From positions 80,148 through 144,147 of the IMG/VR virus record IMGVR_UViG_3300032401_000690: DNA of 64,000 nt; one strand, given 5' to 3'. The translations under genes and the position numbers were made by a program. The notes under the pieces were generated by a model, which saw only the letters and a program-made list of their open reading frames with translations, made no database searches and was not told the DNA's origin. Shown one piece after another: positions 39,635 to 50,806 of the stretch. The DNA comes from a virus. Position 1 is the first letter of the stretch; each line of letters begins with the position of its first letter.

Positions 39635-41376
39635 TGGGAATTGATAACAGTACAAACATAGTATTAGGGTCTTTGAGATATAAAACATCTCCAAACGTCT
39701 CTATGTTTGTAAATGTCCCTATGGAACAAACGCAAAAAGAATTAATTGAGTTTGATAGGAGTGTTGATTTGAACTTACAACAAGTATTTCTTGATGAAAG
39801 AGAGGGATCTAATATTTTTAGACCCGTAACTAAATTCACTTATATTTTTAAAAATCAATATGATGGGTTGGCAATATATCCACCATTTAGGAATAATTTA
39901 TATTATACTGACGCTATTAACAATGCGATTAGTGCAACAACAAATCCGTCATTACCTTGGCAAGGATATCCCCAATATTTTGAGTTTGATTTTATTCGTA
40001 ACGACAATAATAATGTTGGGTATACTCAACCACCTAATAATCACTTAACGTTTGTTAATAAGAGTGCAAGTACGTATAATTGGACTCATTATATGAGTTA
40101 TGCGTATGATAATGTGTATGACCGACAAATGGTGGCTATAGATCAAGAAACTTTGGCTAGTTGGTCTTGGGTTGCGTCTGATGGGTTACCATTTATAATA
40201 AAAGTGGGTAATGATAATAAGAAAAGGGTAATATCTTTTAGATGTGTTATGCCTCACGGATTATCGGTTGGTGATTCGGTTTATTTATCGTTTGATTATA
40301 ATGGAGAATACTTTTTCCAAGTTAGTAGTTTGGGTGATGTTGGTTTTGGGAGTGAGGAATTTATTTTTAACATTTCAAATGTTGGATATACGGGAACTAC
40401 GTTTAATCAGGGTGTTACTGGAATTTTTAAAAGACTTATTAGTAAGGCGAATTCGGGTGAAACAATGTCAACATATTATGTTAGAAGAAATAAGATTTTA
40501 ACAAATGTTAATGATTCTCAACTAATTAAGGCTGGTTTTGAGCAAAATATTTTTAATTCTAAAATAAAATCTGAACCTGCGGTATTAACACCGAATAATT
40601 TGGCGAGAACATCTATTAAAGAGGGTAGTCAAGCCTATACTCTATCATTTAACGATGACATTGATATTACGGAATTGATTGATAATCAAAAAAGACCATT
40701 ATCTGAATTATTTTTCACAACAATATGGAAAGGTTATTTTGGTTGGACAAACCCATTAAAAAAGGGGTATGAGTTTAATTTACCACTTTATAATAATATT
40801 CCAAGTCCTTGGTGGAATGTTGCAAATGTAAATTCAGATTCTGGAATACCAACGGGAACATATAATAGTCAAACTATACCACCACAAGGGCCTTTTACTT
40901 ATCAACAAGATCTAAATATTGGGGACATTGTTGATGGTGATTATTGTGAATATAATGGGTATGATCAAACAGAAAGAGTTATTTCAAACTTAAAACATAA
41001 ATTTACCTTTAATAATTTATTTTTTACTTTGGATACTATTGCCCCACAGAATAATCAATTTGGGTATTATTATAGACCACATAATCCGATTGTTATAAGA
41101 AGATTTTCGGATTATATTGAGGAGGGAAGTGCAACTAATGTTGTAGGGATACCTAATTATGCATTTTATTCTAACTTATCTAATAGTTTTAGGTGGAGAG
41201 ATTTATATCCTTATGGGTTTATTGATGCCGATGGAATTGGTGTTGATTATCCATTTATGAATGGAAAACAATATCCATTTGTTAATACGATATTTAGGTT
41301 GATACCTGAAGGTACGAAAACTGCAAATCAATACATAAACGAAATTGTTGAACCTGTTATAGATGAGTGTGAATAA
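39634..41376 (+). CDS. Putative virion structural protein
   Basis: 580 aa, start overlaps the previous stop, lies in the structural operon. Confidence 0.55.
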   Translation: MGIDNSTNIVLGSLRYKTSPNVSMFVNVPMEQTQKELIEFDRSVDLNLQQVFLDEREGSNIFRPVTKFTYIFKNQYDGLAIYPPFRNNLYYTDAINNAISATTNPSLPWQGYPQYFEFDFIRNDNNNVGYTQPPNNHLTFVNKSASTYNWTHYMSYAYDNVYDRQMVAIDQETLASWSWVASDGLPFIIKVGNDNKKRVISFRCVMPHGLSVGDSVYLSFDYNGEYFFQVSSLGDVGFGSEEFIFNISNVGYTGTTFNQGVTGIFKRLISKANSGETMSTYYVRRNKILTNVNDSQLIKAGFEQNIFNSKIKSEPAVLTPNNLARTSIKEGSQAYTLSFNDDIDITELIDNQKRPLSELFFTTIWKGYFGWTNPLKKGYEFNLPLYNNIPSPWWNVANVNSDSGIPTGTYNSQTIPPQGPFTYQQDLNIGDIVDGDYCEYNGYDQTERVISNLKHKFTFNNLFFTLDTIAPQNNQFGYYYRPHNPIVIRRFSDYIEEGSATNVVGIPNYAFYSNLSNSFRWRDLYPYGFIDADGIGVDYPFMNGKQYPFVNTIFRLIPEGTKTANQYINEIVEPVIDECE

Positions 41377-42181
41377 ATATAAAATAGTAAGACCAACTAC
41401 TGATCAACATATTGATATACCAATTGAAATTAAATGGGATTTTTCTGGTAGGGATGATAGTATTGATGATTATCAAGAAAAGATGGTTAAAGAGGTTACA
41501 GGATCTGCTAATGATTTTGAAATTGATAGATTTACACATAACGAATATACTGAAATTGGTGTTGATAAAACTTCCATTAATTATGAGTTTAATTTTTATG
41601 GTGGTGTTCCGGCAAATGTTACATCATCAACAATAACTGATTGGGTTAATTCATATATTACTGAGGGATTTACAAGTAATGAAATTTATTATTATGAACC
41701 CCAATTTACAAAATCGTTCTTCAAGTTAGATTTTTATGACACAAAGGATTTAAAAACACAAAAAAACTATTTTACAATAATATTACCGGTACAACAGGGA
41801 TTTTTTGAACTTGCATCAATATCTCAATTAATACCTGATGTTTATATTAGAAAACCACAATTTAGGTTGGATTATATTGGAGATAAAGAAGGGTTTTACA
41901 TTTATTGGTTACGAAAAAAAGATTATATAGACATTAACGAATTTTTTATGTCTGCAAAATTCTTTGATGCAAAACTTGGGGTATATGTTAAAATGACAAA
42001 TGTACCACAATCAACAATTAATAACCCATTCACATTTAATGGTGATAATTATTTTTATTATCAGGTTAATTTGGATTATACAACAAAAACCTATGAGGCA
42101 TATACAACTTCAAACTTAGTTCAAAGAGTTGGAACCGATAGTTTACCAATAAAATGGTATGAATATGTAAACCCTGAATAA
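41363..42181 (+). CDS. Putative virion structural protein
   Basis: 272 aa, aromatic/beta-rich, overlaps the previous gene. Confidence 0.55.
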   Translation: MSVNKYKIVRPTTDQHIDIPIEIKWDFSGRDDSIDDYQEKMVKEVTGSANDFEIDRFTHNEYTEIGVDKTSINYEFNFYGGVPANVTSSTITDWVNSYITEGFTSNEIYYYEPQFTKSFFKLDFYDTKDLKTQKNYFTIILPVQQGFFELASISQLIPDVYIRKPQFRLDYIGDKEGFYIYWLRKKDYIDINEFFMSAKFFDAKLGVYVKMTNVPQSTINNPFTFNGDNYFYYQVNLDYTTKTYEAYTTSNLVQRVGTDSLPIKWYEYVNPE

Positions 42182-42182
42182 T

Positions 42183-43355
42183 ATGGAAGAACAAAAGTAT
42201 TATTTTACAGTATCTCCTGAGAATATAATTGGGGATCTTCTTACCGTAAATTGGACGGGTGGGACTGATATTGCTTATAATGTGGATCCTTGTTGTCCAA
42301 TAACAGGGATAACAGAAACAACGACAACGGGAACTGTTGGTGTTTATACTGGGATGACATATGTGTTATCGGGTGGAACAAATGGTGAATCATTATTAAC
42401 GGGACTTACAATTCCAATAATGATAACACAAACTGCGGTTGATATTGGTTATTATTCGGTTTTTGATGGGGCAATAATCCAAAAAGATGTTATTACAAAT
42501 TTCTTATTTTCAGCAACAACTGGAAGTCCATATACCTATTATTTTTATAACACTTCAGATGTTGAATTAAAAAAGTTTCTTGAGGTGACAACCTTTAAAG
42601 TTGATTGGGGGGATTTAACAACAATAGAGACAATTACAGGTGTTGCGCCATTATCACATAATTACCCATTAGGTAATAATCAATATGTTATTACGATGAC
42701 GGCAACATCACCTTGGGGCATATCAACAATATCAAAGACAATAACCGTTCCATTTACGAATGTCCCAATATTGAACCCATCGGGTAATGCAACATTCACT
42801 CCTGCGGGAGGTAGTTGGGCATCAACACAATTTAATTATAATTATATCTACCCATATGATGAGGGGATGGACATAAACGATTACTATAGTTATAACTACG
42901 TTCCTGTCCCATTTATTGTCTCAGGATATACACAATCATCAATAAATGATTTGGCTCAATATGGTCCAAAATATACCTTAATTGATGGTAAATTTAAAGT
43001 TGGTGTTCAAGTTACTGGTACCTCAAATAGTGTTGGTACTTATTGGGGTCCAGATCCAACAAACACGTATGTGTCATATACAATAGATGGTATTGATTAT
43101 TATGATTATGAGGATGGAACAACATTATATGTTCTTCCCTCTTCAGGTTTCACTCCTGATGACTTAATATTATCGGCAATAACTAAAAATGAGGCATTGT
43201 TAAATGTTATTGATCAACCCGAAGTCCAAACAGATGTATTCATTGAACGGGGTAAAAATTCGGCATTGGAACGAGTACAAAGACTTGGGGAAGTAGATAA
43301 TGTTGGGGGCCTAATTAAGTACGGGTATGGATTTTTTAATGTTGAAAAACAATAA
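42183..43355 (+). CDS. Putative virion protein with PKD/Ig-like domain
   Basis: FKVDWGDLTT...SHNYP...YVITMTATSPWG PKD-like signature. Confidence 0.6.
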   Translation: MEEQKYYFTVSPENIIGDLLTVNWTGGTDIAYNVDPCCPITGITETTTTGTVGVYTGMTYVLSGGTNGESLLTGLTIPIMITQTAVDIGYYSVFDGAIIQKDVITNFLFSATTGSPYTYYFYNTSDVELKKFLEVTTFKVDWGDLTTIETITGVAPLSHNYPLGNNQYVITMTATSPWGISTISKTITVPFTNVPILNPSGNATFTPAGGSWASTQFNYNYIYPYDEGMDINDYYSYNYVPVPFIVSGYTQSSINDLAQYGPKYTLIDGKFKVGVQVTGTSNSVGTYWGPDPTNTYVSYTIDGIDYYDYEDGTTLYVLPSSGFTPDDLILSAITKNEALLNVIDQPEVQTDVFIERGKNSALERVQRLGEVDNVGGLIKYGYGFFNVEKQ

Positions 43356-43374
43356 TTTTAAGTATTTATTGAAT

Positions 43375-44304
43375 ATGAGTTATAATAAGAACTGTGGTAA
43401 TTGTGGTAAGATCCAAACCTACACAACTAAAGGTAGGTTAGATTGTTCTATCCGAGAAAATTGGGTGTGTAATAGTTGCTCGTCAACTCATATGAAAAAA
43501 ATATATGGTGATGATGTTATAACTAATGTGGTTGACTTATATGTTAATGGTAATAGTTTTAGTAAAATAAGTTTAATATTAAAGATTAAAAGAGATAATG
43601 TTAAAAATATTTTAATTGAAAAGAATATTTGGGTTGAAAATAGGGACGATATTAAAAAAGAATTTAATGATGTTGATATTGAGAATATTATTAAAAAATA
43701 TAATAGTGGGTTGTCGGTGAAAAAAATATCTAATTTATATGGTGTTAGTGTTGGACCAATTAAAAGAATTTTAAAAAATTCAAATTTATTAAGAAAAGGT
43801 CTTAGTGATGGTAAAAAAATTGTATTATCAGATGAACAGATATTACTTATTAAGGATTTATATTTAAATGAATTTAAAAATTGTGAAGAAATTAGTTATC
43901 AATTAGGTTTAACAAAATCATTTGTTGATAAATATTTGCGTAATTGTGGGTATAGAAGGAATAAAAGTGAGGGGGTTTCAGTTGGATCCATATATAAATA
44001 TCACGGTATTAAATATAACGAATATTTAAAAATTATCCCCGATTTGGATAAATATAAACTTGATGTCTCAAAAATGACTCGTCAACAACCAATACATAAT
44101 TTATTGAATTACGATAAAAGAGGAAATTCGGGTGTTGAAGGGGCATATCACTTAGACCATAAATTCTCAATATCAGAAGGGTTTAAAAATAGAATACCTC
44201 CCGAAATAATTGGTGGTATAAAAAACCTTGAATTTATTACTTGGGAGGAAAATATAAAAAAAAGAACTAATTGTTCAATAACAATAAATGAACTAATAAA
44301 TTAA
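43375..44304 (+). CDS. Free-standing HNH homing endonuclease with tandem HTH repeats
   Basis: N-terminal CxxC/CxxC, three LY..G.S...IS...G HTH-like repeats, YHLDHKFSISEGF...NLEFITWEENIKK. Start placed at ATG 43375 after TATTTAT (track start 43327). Confidence 0.8.
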   Translation: MSYNKNCGNCGKIQTYTTKGRLDCSIRENWVCNSCSSTHMKKIYGDDVITNVVDLYVNGNSFSKISLILKIKRDNVKNILIEKNIWVENRDDIKKEFNDVDIENIIKKYNSGLSVKKISNLYGVSVGPIKRILKNSNLLRKGLSDGKKIVLSDEQILLIKDLYLNEFKNCEEISYQLGLTKSFVDKYLRNCGYRRNKSEGVSVGSIYKYHGIKYNEYLKIIPDLDKYKLDVSKMTRQQPIHNLLNYDKRGNSGVEGAYHLDHKFSISEGFKNRIPPEIIGGIKNLEFITWEENIKKRTNCSITINELIN

Positions 44305-44307
44305 ACA

Positions 44308-45216
44308 ATGGCAACTGGCGTTTATGGTACAATTCGTGGGAGCGATGTCTCTCCAGCGGATGTTGATATAATAATGAATTACACTCCAAGTAGGGATCAA
44401 ACAGATAATTTTGTATTAACAAAATTGGATGCTAATAGTATATTAAGACCTTATTTTAATAACAATCAAACGGGAGGTAATTCAGGTATTGAGATACTTG
44501 GTGGTATGTATAATTTAAAATTACCGGCAGACCAATTTAATAAAATAGGGATTTATACTCTATATATTAGACCTGCAGAGATTAGAACAAAGATTACTGA
44601 TTGTGGTATTTTATCCGCATTACCAAATGTTAAGGGTATTGTTATTGATTTAAATAATGTTCCAACTCAATTTACAAATAAATTCACAAATCAAGGTTTG
44701 GTAGGGTTTAGAGTTGAGTATTTAAATGACGATGGATCTAAAATCCCAAATTTCTTTAGGGTTATAACCTCATCATTTTATTGTGAACCTGTAATTCAGA
44801 ATTTAACGAATACTTCGCAACAATCAATTAGATATAGATATACTGAGGGAACTACAAACATTATGTTCTGTACGTTATCACCATCGTCATCTCCAACTAA
44901 TAAACCAAATGCGACACCATATATTGGGCAACCTGATCAAAATATTATTATAACAAATACATTTTTTAACCCAATAACCACAGAAATTGAAATTGTTGAA
45001 CACGATATTTCTACATTGGCAATTGCGTTATATGGTAATCAAACTAAGTCTATTGATGATGGTATTTACACTATTTACGATAGTAATAATAACATCTACA
45101 AACAATATAACTTATATGAAATTAGAGATCAATTTAGTGATCTTCTTTATGAAGTTAGACAAGATAGAAATAATAATATTGATTTTACTAAAAACTTTAC
45201 AAATATAACAGGATAA
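44308..45216 (+). CDS. Conserved putative virion protein
   Basis: 302 aa within the structural operon, coupled to the next gene. Confidence 0.55.
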   Translation: MATGVYGTIRGSDVSPADVDIIMNYTPSRDQTDNFVLTKLDANSILRPYFNNNQTGGNSGIEILGGMYNLKLPADQFNKIGIYTLYIRPAEIRTKITDCGILSALPNVKGIVIDLNNVPTQFTNKFTNQGLVGFRVEYLNDDGSKIPNFFRVITSSFYCEPVIQNLTNTSQQSIRYRYTEGTTNIMFCTLSPSSSPTNKPNATPYIGQPDQNIIITNTFFNPITTEIEIVEHDISTLAIALYGNQTKSIDDGIYTIYDSNNNIYKQYNLYEIRDQFSDLLYEVRQDRNNNIDFTKNFTNITG

Positions 45217-48200
45217 TGGCGGTTACAAAATATACTTGTCCACCACAAACTGCTAGCGGGGAGGGGACTTTTTCTGATAACCTAGTTGGTCTACAGTTAG
45301 TTAGTGGGGGAGGTTTTACTCAAGGTAATTTTGAATTTACAACGGGATTAACTGAAAAAACCAATAGAACATTTAGTATTGGGTCGTTTTCAGATCCTAT
45401 ATCGTTAGAGACACTTAATATTGATGATATTGCTCAATCAAAACTGTTGGTTGCAAAAAACTTCCAAGTTTACCCTAACTACGATTTAAGTGAGATAACT
45501 AATTTTACGTTATTCGGATCTTTATCAAAACGATTATCTGTTTCTGTAAGTAAAATAATTAACTTTTTCCCTGGTGGGATGGAAGTATTCTCATCAACAA
45601 CAACGTTTGATGTAACAAAAACTGCGGATAACATATCATATGATTCTGTTGCGGATGAAACGTATCTTGAGATTTGCGCAAGTGTTGTTAGAAACCCATT
45701 TGATCTTGATTATACGGTTAATTCAACAAGAAACTTATTATTAAAGGAGATTGTTGTTTCTCCATTAAGAAATTTCTCAGTTGAGTATCAAAATTATTCT
45801 CTTTTTGTGAATGGTATTGAGTATGAGATTGTGACTTTTACACCACTTAATGATGGTGATACGACATTAAAATTTTATATTAGTGGAAACCCTTTTTCGG
45901 GACAAAGTTTTAGTCATGATACCTTATTGATAAGACCAACTGATTATTATGTTAATAAAGTTTTTAATGAGAATTTTGATCAAGTAGAGAACTTTTTATT
46001 AAATAGAGAGGTAAGTCCAATTTATACCGCATATTTTAACACTCCTGTTGAGAGAGACAATGGAACGTATGTTTTCAGTTATGAAATTTTAACCTTTCCT
46101 GTGAATGGTGTTTGGAATTTAGATATTTCGGGAATACCATTTAACTCTTATTTAACTAAATTAAGTAATATTGCTAATAGTTTAGATTTATATACGACGA
46201 ACTTAATATCAAGATTTTTAACTGCGGGAGCAATTAAAGAATTTGATACTCAAGATCAGAAAGTTGATAAAATATTACAAATTTATGGTAGAAGTTTTGA
46301 TGAAACTAAAAAATTCATCGGGGCATTGGCATTTATGAATTCCGTTCATTATAATGTTGGTAATGATATTCCTTCACAACTACTTAAAAATTTAGCACAG
46401 ACATTGGGTTGGAATAATAATATATCGCCAATCACTAACGAACAATTATTAAGTTCAGTTTTTTCTGCGGGTGAAAACACATTTACTGGGTTATCTAAAG
46501 GACAAACACCTGAAGAGTTAAACTACCAATACTATAGAAATTTAATATTAAACTCCGCTTATTTATTCAAGTCAAAAGGGACAAGAAAATCTATTGAGGC
46601 ATTGATGAGGTTAATTGGAGCCCCAGATGCGATAACAGAATTTAATGAATATGTATATGTTGCCGATCAAAAAATTAACTTAAGTCAATTCGGTGAGCAA
46701 TACGCACAAATATCAGGAGGAACATATGTTCAACAAATTCCGATATTAGATGTTTCGGACATTTACTCAATTATGGGTAATCAATATACAGGATTTACAA
46801 CTTCATCACAAATTCAGGATGTTTCGGTTACAGTTTTGGACTATCCAATAGATAGTTTCGGTTTCCCAAGTATGCCTGCGGTTAGTGATAGTTTTTATTT
46901 CCAAATTGGTGGAGGGTGGTTTGAATCGACACCACAACATAGAATGCCACAACAGATTGACTTAACGAATAGTGTATTTACGGGTCAAAATCCTGATTAT
47001 CAAACAGTATTACAACCATTTAATTATGGTGATGAATACTTACAAAGATATAGGGATTTTCCATATATGGATCTTGGTTTTAAACTAAAAAAGATCGCAG
47101 ATAATAAGAAAAGTTGGATTGATGGTGGAAATACATTACGAAAAAGTTCTGATGGTAATTTCAACGCATATTATAATACCGGTGATGATAGGTTGGTATT
47201 AAATGTTAAAAATGTTGATATATTTATGAATCCTGGTCAAGGATTAGCCTACGATGTTTGGTATATGTCAAGAACATATAATTTCCCAATTCCTGAAGAG
47301 GGTCTTAATTATGTTGTTCCAACATATTGTGATCCAAACCCAAATACACCATATCCACAAAGAGGGGGTATAGATTGGACGGTTATAATACCAAAACCAA
47401 AACAAAAGACATTTTTTGAGTTTGCTCAAAGTTTTTGGCATAACACAATTAATGTTAGAAATAGACAATATATTACTGATGGTAAGACGGGTGGTTATCC
47501 GACCTTACAATCTATTTATTGGAAATATTTAGAATCAAGACAATTAGCCGGTATAGACAACGATAATTTTACATATCAAACAATGATTGATTATGTAAAT
47601 GGGTTGGGGGATTATTGGATTAGATTGGTGGAACAAATGGTTCCGGCAACAACGATTTGGAATGCTGGTGTTAAATATGAGAACTCTATCTTCCATAGAC
47701 AAAAATTTGTATGGAGAAGACAAATGGGTTGTCAACTTGTTCCGGTACCTTGTAATCCTTGTCAGTTAGTTGCTCAATTATTTGCATATGATTGTCCGAT
47801 ACAATCAACAAATTGTCCTATTTATCCTTGGGGATCAAATCCACTTATCACTTCATTTGGTGGTGTGTTGGGATCAACTTTAAATTCATATTTAACGGCA
47901 AATGGATTAACAATGGGTTCTTGCGATTTAAATACGTTACAAACGACTTGGTATGTGAATGCTAAATTGGATGGTGGTGATGTTGTTAGTTATCCATTCT
48001 TTAATGGGGTGGGTTATAATAACCCATTATCGGTACCGAGTGATTCAACGTGGTTGTCTGCAATACAAACAAGTTTCGTTGATTTACAAAATTATGGACT
48101 AACTTATTATATCAATAGTAATGATACGATAACGGTTTATAATAATAATTGTACACCATTAAGTATCACACAAAATTTTGAACTTAATGTTGGAATAAAC

Positions 48201-48221
48201 TTTAATATTTTATGTAGTTAA
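45216..48221 (+). CDS. Baseplate wedge protein (T4 gp7 / P2 gpI-like domain)
   Basis: IPSQLLKNLAQTLGW and YYRNLILNSAYLFKSKGTRKSIEALMRLIG gpI-like motifs. Confidence 0.7.
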   Translation: MAVTKYTCPPQTASGEGTFSDNLVGLQLVSGGGFTQGNFEFTTGLTEKTNRTFSIGSFSDPISLETLNIDDIAQSKLLVAKNFQVYPNYDLSEITNFTLFGSLSKRLSVSVSKIINFFPGGMEVFSSTTTFDVTKTADNISYDSVADETYLEICASVVRNPFDLDYTVNSTRNLLLKEIVVSPLRNFSVEYQNYSLFVNGIEYEIVTFTPLNDGDTTLKFYISGNPFSGQSFSHDTLLIRPTDYYVNKVFNENFDQVENFLLNREVSPIYTAYFNTPVERDNGTYVFSYEILTFPVNGVWNLDISGIPFNSYLTKLSNIANSLDLYTTNLISRFLTAGAIKEFDTQDQKVDKILQIYGRSFDETKKFIGALAFMNSVHYNVGNDIPSQLLKNLAQTLGWNNNISPITNEQLLSSVFSAGENTFTGLSKGQTPEELNYQYYRNLILNSAYLFKSKGTRKSIEALMRLIGAPDAITEFNEYVYVADQKINLSQFGEQYAQISGGTYVQQIPILDVSDIYSIMGNQYTGFTTSSQIQDVSVTVLDYPIDSFGFPSMPAVSDSFYFQIGGGWFESTPQHRMPQQIDLTNSVFTGQNPDYQTVLQPFNYGDEYLQRYRDFPYMDLGFKLKKIADNKKSWIDGGNTLRKSSDGNFNAYYNTGDDRLVLNVKNVDIFMNPGQGLAYDVWYMSRTYNFPIPEEGLNYVVPTYCDPNPNTPYPQRGGIDWTVIIPKPKQKTFFEFAQSFWHNTINVRNRQYITDGKTGGYPTLQSIYWKYLESRQLAGIDNDNFTYQTMIDYVNGLGDYWIRLVEQMVPATTIWNAGVKYENSIFHRQKFVWRRQMGCQLVPVPCNPCQLVAQLFAYDCPIQSTNCPIYPWGSNPLITSFGGVLGSTLNSYLTANGLTMGSCDLNTLQTTWYVNAKLDGGDVVSYPFFNGVGYNNPLSVPSDSTWLSAIQTSFVDLQNYGLTYYINSNDTITVYNNNCTPLSITQNFELNVGINFNILCS

Positions 48222-50470
48222 TGAGTTGCGGACTTCCATATATATATAACTATTTTTTAAGTGGTGATTGTAGTAATACGAATTCTGGTATAATATCTTT
48301 TGATATATCAGGTGGTACGGGACCATATGCCGTTAGTGAGGTAACGACGACGGGGGTATTACCTTTATCTGCAAGTACAAGTAACTATTATTTTAGTGGT
48401 TTATCTGCTGGTACATATACTTTATCAATAACGGATTCTTGTGTGTCTCCGACACCGTCAACCATATATGTCCCCTTTGTAGTATCGTCGGGAAGTTGTT
48501 TGTCGTCCTCAATTACCAACACAATTTGTGGGTTTAATAATGGTACGTTAACTGCAACATTTAGTCCATATTATGGTACTGGAACTGTTTCTCTTTATGA
48601 GACAACTTTAGGGTATATTAATAGTGCTTTGACAATATCGTCAAGTGCTACTTTCTTCAATTTAACTGGTGGGACATATTATGTTATTGGGGATGATGGG
48701 GGTGGATGTACCGGAAAAAGTGAGTCGTGTATTATAAAATCATCAACTACTTTGGATTTTGGTTATTATGTTATAAATGATGGTAGTTGTGTTGCTTTGG
48801 ATGGTGCAGGAAAAATATTTATAACAGGACAAACGGGGACACCACCATATACTTATGTTTGGAGTTCAAACGCAAATGGGCAGACAGGATCTACGGTTAC
48901 TGGATTAACTGCGGGTAATTATGGGGTTACGGTTACTGACTCTTTGGGTTGTACTAAAATAGATAATAGTATTGTTATATCTGAGGTTTTACCTGTTGGG
49001 ATTGTTAATCTTACGACAGTATCACCAAGTTGTTTCTCAAACGATGGTGAGGTATTCGCCCAACTAACCGGTGGTACATCACCATTCTACTTTTCAGGAT
49101 CAAACGGTACTGTTGGAATAACATTTGCTAATAATTTCACATTTACTGGGTTATCAACGGGAACTTTAACTGTTAGTGTAACTGATGCGGGACTATGTAC
49201 GGCATTGGGGGTTGTTTCGTTATTAACACCTAATGGGTTCTCAATTGCAAACATTTCAACAATAAATTCAAATTGTAATAACAATGATGGTCAAATTAAC
49301 ATTGTATTAAATGGTGGGACTAATTCAGGAACATATGTTTATACGTTAATTGATTCTTCGGGTAATACGGTTAATATTGCAACTTTAGGAACTACTTGTG
49401 ACTTTACTAACGTATCGTCAGGGGTATATACTATTAAAATAGAAAATGGTGCCTGTGTTTTTACGGGTACAACAACGGTAAGTAATACCAATTTATATAC
49501 GATTTCGGCTTCTACTACGGGAACTACCTGTGGGTTTGATAATGGATCAATACAAATTATTGCAACAAGTGGTGGTACCTTACCATATGTATACCAAATA
49601 ACGGGACAACCTGCAGGTCCTGTAACGACATTTAATGGTCTTGCTCAAGGATTTTACAATATAACCGTAACAGATGGGTCAGGATGTCAACAATATGATA
49701 CCGTTTATATTAATGGATCAAGTAGTATGTATTTTGATTTGTTTGTTTCACAACCGTTATTTGGGAATGATGGGGAGATTTCAACACTAATTAGTAGTGG
49801 TGAACCACCATTTACGTTTAATTGGAGTTCTAATGTGAATGGTCAAACGGGTACAACTGTGACAGGATTAACTGCGGGAACATATTCTTTGGAGGTAATT
49901 GATGATAATGGTTGTGTCTTTACAAGAACAACGACTTTAGTTGGAACCACACAATATGCAACATACCAATCATATAATGTTTGTTCTCAAGATTTTGTTA
50001 ATACTGGTGTTTTAGGTAAAAGAGGGATTTTACAGATGTTATATGAGGGATATTTTGATTTAACATCGGGGGATACGAATTGTGTTCTTAATTCTGCAAT
50101 ATTCACGGCAGACGTTACAGTTAATGGCGTTGATCAACAAAGTGTTTTTTATACATCAACAGGGTTTGAAGATACTCCAACCGATAATGATTGGGTAACG
50201 GCAATAACAAATTTATTATACGCTTTTGCCGGTATTAGTAGTGTTTTAGTTAATCTTGATACAAATCAGATAATTATAACTAGTGGTTGTCAGACTGAAG
50301 GTGAAGGGTGTCAAACAAAGAGTGTTACTACATTGGATGACGCAAATGTTAAAATAAGTTTAAATATTGATTACGATATTTCTTGTGTGGAATGTGAGAT
50401 ATATCAGAAAGTTTTTCAAGATGATTTTGAATTTATATTCCAAGATGATAACAGTTATATTTTTCAATAA
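48221..50470 (+). CDS. Virion adhesin-like protein with SprB-type repeats
   Basis: Repeated C...DG.I....GG.PPY.Y.WS....G....TGLTAG.Y.VTVTD..GC units. Confidence 0.75.
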   Translation: MSCGLPYIYNYFLSGDCSNTNSGIISFDISGGTGPYAVSEVTTTGVLPLSASTSNYYFSGLSAGTYTLSITDSCVSPTPSTIYVPFVVSSGSCLSSSITNTICGFNNGTLTATFSPYYGTGTVSLYETTLGYINSALTISSSATFFNLTGGTYYVIGDDGGGCTGKSESCIIKSSTTLDFGYYVINDGSCVALDGAGKIFITGQTGTPPYTYVWSSNANGQTGSTVTGLTAGNYGVTVTDSLGCTKIDNSIVISEVLPVGIVNLTTVSPSCFSNDGEVFAQLTGGTSPFYFSGSNGTVGITFANNFTFTGLSTGTLTVSVTDAGLCTALGVVSLLTPNGFSIANISTINSNCNNNDGQINIVLNGGTNSGTYVYTLIDSSGNTVNIATLGTTCDFTNVSSGVYTIKIENGACVFTGTTTVSNTNLYTISASTTGTTCGFDNGSIQIIATSGGTLPYVYQITGQPAGPVTTFNGLAQGFYNITVTDGSGCQQYDTVYINGSSSMYFDLFVSQPLFGNDGEISTLISSGEPPFTFNWSSNVNGQTGTTVTGLTAGTYSLEVIDDNGCVFTRTTTLVGTTQYATYQSYNVCSQDFVNTGVLGKRGILQMLYEGYFDLTSGDTNCVLNSAIFTADVTVNGVDQQSVFYTSTGFEDTPTDNDWVTAITNLLYAFAGISSVLVNLDTNQIIITSGCQTEGEGCQTKSVTTLDDANVKISLNIDYDISCVECEIYQKVFQDDFEFIFQDDNSYIFQ

Positions 50471-50772
50471 TGACGCAATTACAGATAAATAATGTTACAG
50501 GTGCAACATTACCGTATGATATTTATATCTGTGATGTGTATGGTAATCAATGCATTTTGGTTGCAACTATTAATGTTGCGGTTCCACCAACAATAACAAT
50601 TACATTACCAATACAATTTAATACGGCTCCGGCAATTGGTCTTAAAATAATAACACCAGATTGTGAGAAATTTGTAATAATTAATTGTGATGAATTACCA
50701 CCTGTTGGTAAACAATTTCAATATGGTGATACATTTTTCTTTATGGATTATAGTGTTTATGATTTCCAATAA
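50470..50772 (+). CDS. Small virion adaptor-like protein (paralog of 60776..60997)
   Basis: PYDIYICDVYGNQCILVATI versus PFDIYVCDTGYTTCIYVSTI. Its C-terminal KxFQ...FxFxD...YxFQ motif is shared with the 48221 product. Confidence 0.6.
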   Translation: MTQLQINNVTGATLPYDIYICDVYGNQCILVATINVAVPPTITITLPIQFNTAPAIGLKIITPDCEKFVIINCDELPPVGKQFQYGDTFFFMDYSVYDFQ

Positions 50773-50806
50773 TGGTTTGGTGTGTATTTATATATAAAAA
50801 AAGACA

